Source: a virus
Taxonomy: Duplodnaviria; Heunggongvirae; Uroviricota; Caudoviricetes
Length of the DNA: 9,481 nucleotides
Strand: one strand, 5' to 3'
IMG/VR virus record: IMGVR_UViG_2671180349_000010
The notes under the pieces were generated by a model. It saw nothing but the letters and a program-made list of their open reading frames with translations. It searched no databases and was not told the DNA's origin. The translations under genes were made by a program, and so were the position numbers. Position 1 is the first letter of the stretch; each line of letters starts with the position of its first letter. Below, one piece after another: positions 6,847 through 9,481 of the stretch.

Positions 6847-7283
6847 GCAGCCCGATCTCCCCATCGCGCTTTCCATTCGAGAGCCAGTCGCGCTTCGTCT
6901 GACCACTTAACGCCACGCTCTGTACCGAATGCCTGTATAAGCTCTAATAGCTCCGCAAATTCGCTTACACGCATCCTGCTGGTTGGCTGGCCTATTACCA
7001 CAAAGCCATTCCCGGCAAGGTTAGGAACAACATCCTGCTGCTTTAATGCTGCGGTAAACACACACTTCCAGCTTTCTGCATCCAGCCAGCGACCATGCCA
7101 TTCAACCTGACGAGAGACGTCACCTAAGCAGGCCCATAGCTTCCTGTTTTGGTCTAAGCTGCGGTTGCGTTCCTGAATGGTTACTACGATTGGTTTGGTT
7201 GGGTCTGGAAGGATTTGCTGTACTGCGTGAATAGCGTTTTGCTGATGTGCTGGAGATCGAATTTCAAAGGTTAGTTTTTTCAT
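6843..7283 (-). CDS. ninB: NinB (Orf-family recombination mediator)
   Basis: Translation from the ATG at 7283 (MKKLTFEIRSPAHQQNAIHAVQQILPDPTKPIVVTIQERNRSLDQNRKLWACLGDVS...) matches lambda NinB by recall. RBS GGGGAGAGGGAAG immediately upstream. The ORF-track start at 7301 is an upstream GTG. Confidence 0.9.
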   Translation of the reverse strand: MKKLTFEIRSPAHQQNAIHAVQQILPDPTKPIVVTIQERNRSLDQNRKLWACLGDVSRQVEWHGRWLDAESWKCVFTAALKQQDVVPNLAGNGFVVIGQPTSRMRVSEFAELLELIQAFGTERGVKWSDEARLALEWKARWGDRAA

Positions 7284-7297
7284 GACTTCCCTCTCCC

Positions 7298-7330
7298 CCA
7301 AATAAAAAGGCCTGCGATTACCAGCAGGCC
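7298..7330 (-). terminator. tR2-like intrinsic terminator between ren and ninB
   Basis: Inverted repeat GGCCTGC (7309..7315) / GCAGGCC (7324..7330). On the minus strand the hairpin is followed by TTTTTATTT (complement of plus caaataaaaag). The position between ren and the nin genes corresponds to lambda tR2. Confidence 0.5.
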
Positions 7331-7356
7331 TGTTATTAGCTCAGTGATGTAGATGG

Positions 7357-7647
7357 TCATCTTTTAACTCCATATACCGCCAATACCCGTTTCATCGCGG
7401 CACTCTGGCGACACTCCTTAAAAATCAGGTTCGTGCTCATCTTTCCTTCCCGTTCTTCCCTAGTAGCGAACCGGTAATACACCGTTCGCCAGACCTTACC
7501 TTCGATAACCAGAAAACCTGCCCGTGCCATTTTAGCCGCGGCCTGATTTATGCTGGTTACTGTTGCGCCTGTTAACGCGGCAACGTCCGGCGCACAGAAG
7601 CTATTATGCGTCCCCAGGTAATGAATAATTGCCTCTTTGCCCGTCAT
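7357..7647 (-). CDS. ren: Ren protein
   Basis: 96-aa ORF MTGKEAIIHYLGTHNSFCAPDVAALTGATVTSINQAAAKMARAGFLVIEGKVWRTVYYRFATREEREGK... matches lambda Ren by recall. The ATG at 7647 overlaps the P TGA stop (ATGA). Confidence 0.85.
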   Translation of the reverse strand: MTGKEAIIHYLGTHNSFCAPDVAALTGATVTSINQAAAKMARAGFLVIEGKVWRTVYYRFATREEREGKMSTNLIFKECRQSAAMKRVLAVYGVKR

Positions 7648-8345
7648 ACACTTGCTCCTTTCAGCCCAAACTTAGCTTTGATTTCTGCGATCTTCGCCAG
7701 AGCCTGTGCACGATTTAGAGGTCTACCGCCCATGACAGGAAGTTGTTTTACTGGTTCAGGTATAGCCTCACCACGGTTAATTCGTGCGGTCATACAGGAC
7801 AGTTCATCGGCAGCCTTGCGCCGTAATTCCGCATCAGTAAGCGCATTGGCCCGCATGTTCTGATACAGGTTGGTAACCAGCCAGTAGTGCGCGTTTGATT
7901 TCCACGGATAAGACTCCGCATCCGGATACAGGCCTCGCTTCCGGCAATACTCGTAAACCATATCAACCAGCTCGCTGACGTTTGGCAGTCCGGCGATAAC
8001 GGATGCTTCTTCCCGGCACCATGCAACAAACTGCCCGGGTGATGGCAGAAATGGTCGATTCTGCCGACGGGCTACGCGCATTCCTGCGTTAACCTGTTCC
8101 ATTGTGGTGATCCCGTTTTCCCGGAAAGCCAGAACCCACTGGCGGCGGATTTCGTTCAGTTCGTTCTGGTCACGGTTAGCCAGGCTCGCCGGGAAAGTTG
8201 CCAGTAACTGGCTGAACACACCGTTGATGATCTGCGCTACCTGCTGTACCTGAGGCTTTTCGTCGTACTGTTCCGGCATGTTGTTGGCGATCCGACGCAT
8301 CTGCTCACGGTCAAAGTTAACCATCTGTGCGGCGATGTTTTTCAT
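7644..8345 (-). CDS. P: Replication protein P (DnaB helicase loader)
   Basis: 233-aa ORF MKNIAAQMVNFDREQMRRIANNMPEQYDEKPQVQQVAQIINGVFSQLLATFPASLANRDQNELNEIRRQWVLAFRENGITTMEQV... matches lambda P by recall. The ATG at 8345 overlaps the O TGA stop. Confidence 0.92.
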   Translation of the reverse strand: MKNIAAQMVNFDREQMRRIANNMPEQYDEKPQVQQVAQIINGVFSQLLATFPASLANRDQNELNEIRRQWVLAFRENGITTMEQVNAGMRVARRQNRPFLPSPGQFVAWCREEASVIAGLPNVSELVDMVYEYCRKRGLYPDAESYPWKSNAHYWLVTNLYQNMRANALTDAELRRKAADELSCMTARINRGEAIPEPVKQLPVMGGRPLNRAQALAKIAEIKAKFGLKGASV

Positions 8346-9241
8346 AAATCCACCCCGTAAATCCAGTCTGTGTTTGTCAGGTCGAGTTTTGGTTTGCTGG
8401 CTGTCACGACTGCCTGTTGCTTGTTACGGTTGATTTCGAGCTGGGTCCACTTGTCGCGGAGTTTGGCCGGGCTCAGCACATTACCGGACCAGAAGTTGTC
8501 CTGGCAGGCCCAGCGGAACAGCACACACATATCGCGGTGGTTACGTCCGTCACGTTCACGCATCAGGCGGATATCGTTAGCCCACCCTGCAAAATTCGGT
8601 TTTCTGGCTGATGGCGCGATAGTCTTCACCATGTCAAACATCCACTCTGCGGCGGTCAGGTCTTCTGCTGTCCCCCATTTGCTGCCGCTCTGAATTGCAG
8701 CATCAGGTTTCACCACAGAAAGGTCGTTTTCTGGCTGGTCAGAGGATTCGCCAGAATTCTCTGACGAATAATCTTTTCTATTTTCTTTTGTATTAGTGTC
8801 TTTTGTGTTCCCCTGTTTTGAGGGATAGCAATCCCCCAATTTGAGGGATGTTTTATCCCTCGTTTTAGGGGATTTTCCCTCGTTTTGAGGGATACACCAT
8901 TCTGAGATGTTTTTATTTGGTCCAAACATGCCGCCTTGCTGCTTGATAATATTCATTCTGACGAGTTCTAACTTGGCTTCATTGCACCGTTTGACAGGTA
9001 ACTTTGTAATCTCGCTAAGTTGAGAATCGGTGATTCTGTCCATTGGTTTATTCCACCCATAGGTTTTACGCAGAATGGCAAGCAGCACTTTAAACTGTCG
9101 CTTGGTCAGATCTGCGCCTGAATAAGCCTCAAGCAGCATATTTGATAGTCTGGCGTAACCATCATCGAGATCTGCCACATTACGCTCCTGTCCGGCAAAG
9201 TTACCTCTGCCGAAGTTGAGTATTTTTGCTGTATTTGTCAT
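8342..9241 (-). CDS. O: Replication initiator protein O
   Basis: 299-aa ORF MTNTAKILNFGRGNFAGQERNVADLDDGYARLSNMLLEAYSGADLTKRQFKVLLAILRKTYGWNKPMDRITDSQLSEITKLPVKRCNEAKLELVRMNIIKQQGG... matches lambda O by recall. AGGAG RBS before the ATG at 9241. The ori iterons lie inside the gene. Confidence 0.95.
   Translation of the reverse strand: MTNTAKILNFGRGNFAGQERNVADLDDGYARLSNMLLEAYSGADLTKRQFKVLLAILRKTYGWNKPMDRITDSQLSEITKLPVKRCNEAKLELVRMNIIKQQGGMFGPNKNISEWCIPQNEGKSPKTRDKTSLKLGDCYPSKQGNTKDTNTKENRKDYSSENSGESSDQPENDLSVVKPDAAIQSGSKWGTAEDLTAAEWMFDMVKTIAPSARKPNFAGWANDIRLMRERDGRNHRDMCVLFRWACQDNFWSGNVLSPAKLRDKWTQLEINRNKQQAVVTASKPKLDLTNTDWIYGVDL
8755..8893. repeat. ori-lambda-type replication origin: four ~18-bp O-binding iterons plus an adjacent AT-rich unwinding region, embedded in gene O
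   Basis: Plus strand shows four spaced copies of an internally palindromic iteron: tcccctgttttgaggga (~8809..8825), tcccccaatttgaggga (~8832..8848), tccctcgttttagggga (~8856..8872), tccctcgttttgaggga (~8876..8892). An AT-rich tract (cttttctattttcttttgtattagtgtcttttgtg) flanks them at ~8760..8808. Confidence 0.85.
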
Positions 9242-9273
9242 AATGACTCCTGTTGATAGTTCCAGTAATAACC

Positions 9274-9481
<208 letters not shown>

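Noticed and set aside
6188-6910. Plus-strand ORFs 6188..6712, 6639..6839 and 6728..6910
   Set aside because: Antisense to the Dam-family MTase and ninE. The 174-aa product has no motifs, and the minus-strand genes carry the NPPY motif and recalled NinE sequence.
7606-8029. ORFs 7606..7863 (+) and 7790..8029 (-)
   Set aside because: Alternative frame or antisense within gene P.
8370-8925. ORFs 8370..8693 (+), 8417..8611 (+) and 8710..8925 (-)
   Set aside because: Inside gene O. The 8710..8925 ORF is an out-of-frame read across the ori iterons, whose repeats generate the spurious reading frame.

Overview
This window is the replication / nin / late-regulatory segment of a lambda-like (lambdoid) enterobacterial prophage, with the backbone genes all on the minus strand. 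From right to left: a truncated cII remnant, the antisense oop RNA, O (with the ori iterons inside it), P, ren, a tR2-like terminator, ninB, a phage Dam-family adenine methyltransferase, ninE, ninF, ninG and the ninI phosphatase, six of them chained by ATGA/GTGA stop-start overlaps. Left of the nin block the DNA becomes markedly AT-rich and looks like acquired cargo. It holds a plus-strand lpxR-like outer-membrane lipid A deacylase, a 257-aa protein in the position where the late antiterminator Q would be, and a terminator-bounded module encoding two translationally coupled small membrane proteins of unknown function. That module sits where Stx phages carry their toxin genes and is the best candidate for an undescribed system. 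At the left edge a nanS-p-like esterase gene is interrupted by a single in-frame TAG. At the right edge cII loses lambda-like sequence and a plus-strand gene begins (MVTFE..., possibly an IS21-family istA). All identifications rest on reading the translations and on recalled family knowledge; no database search was run.
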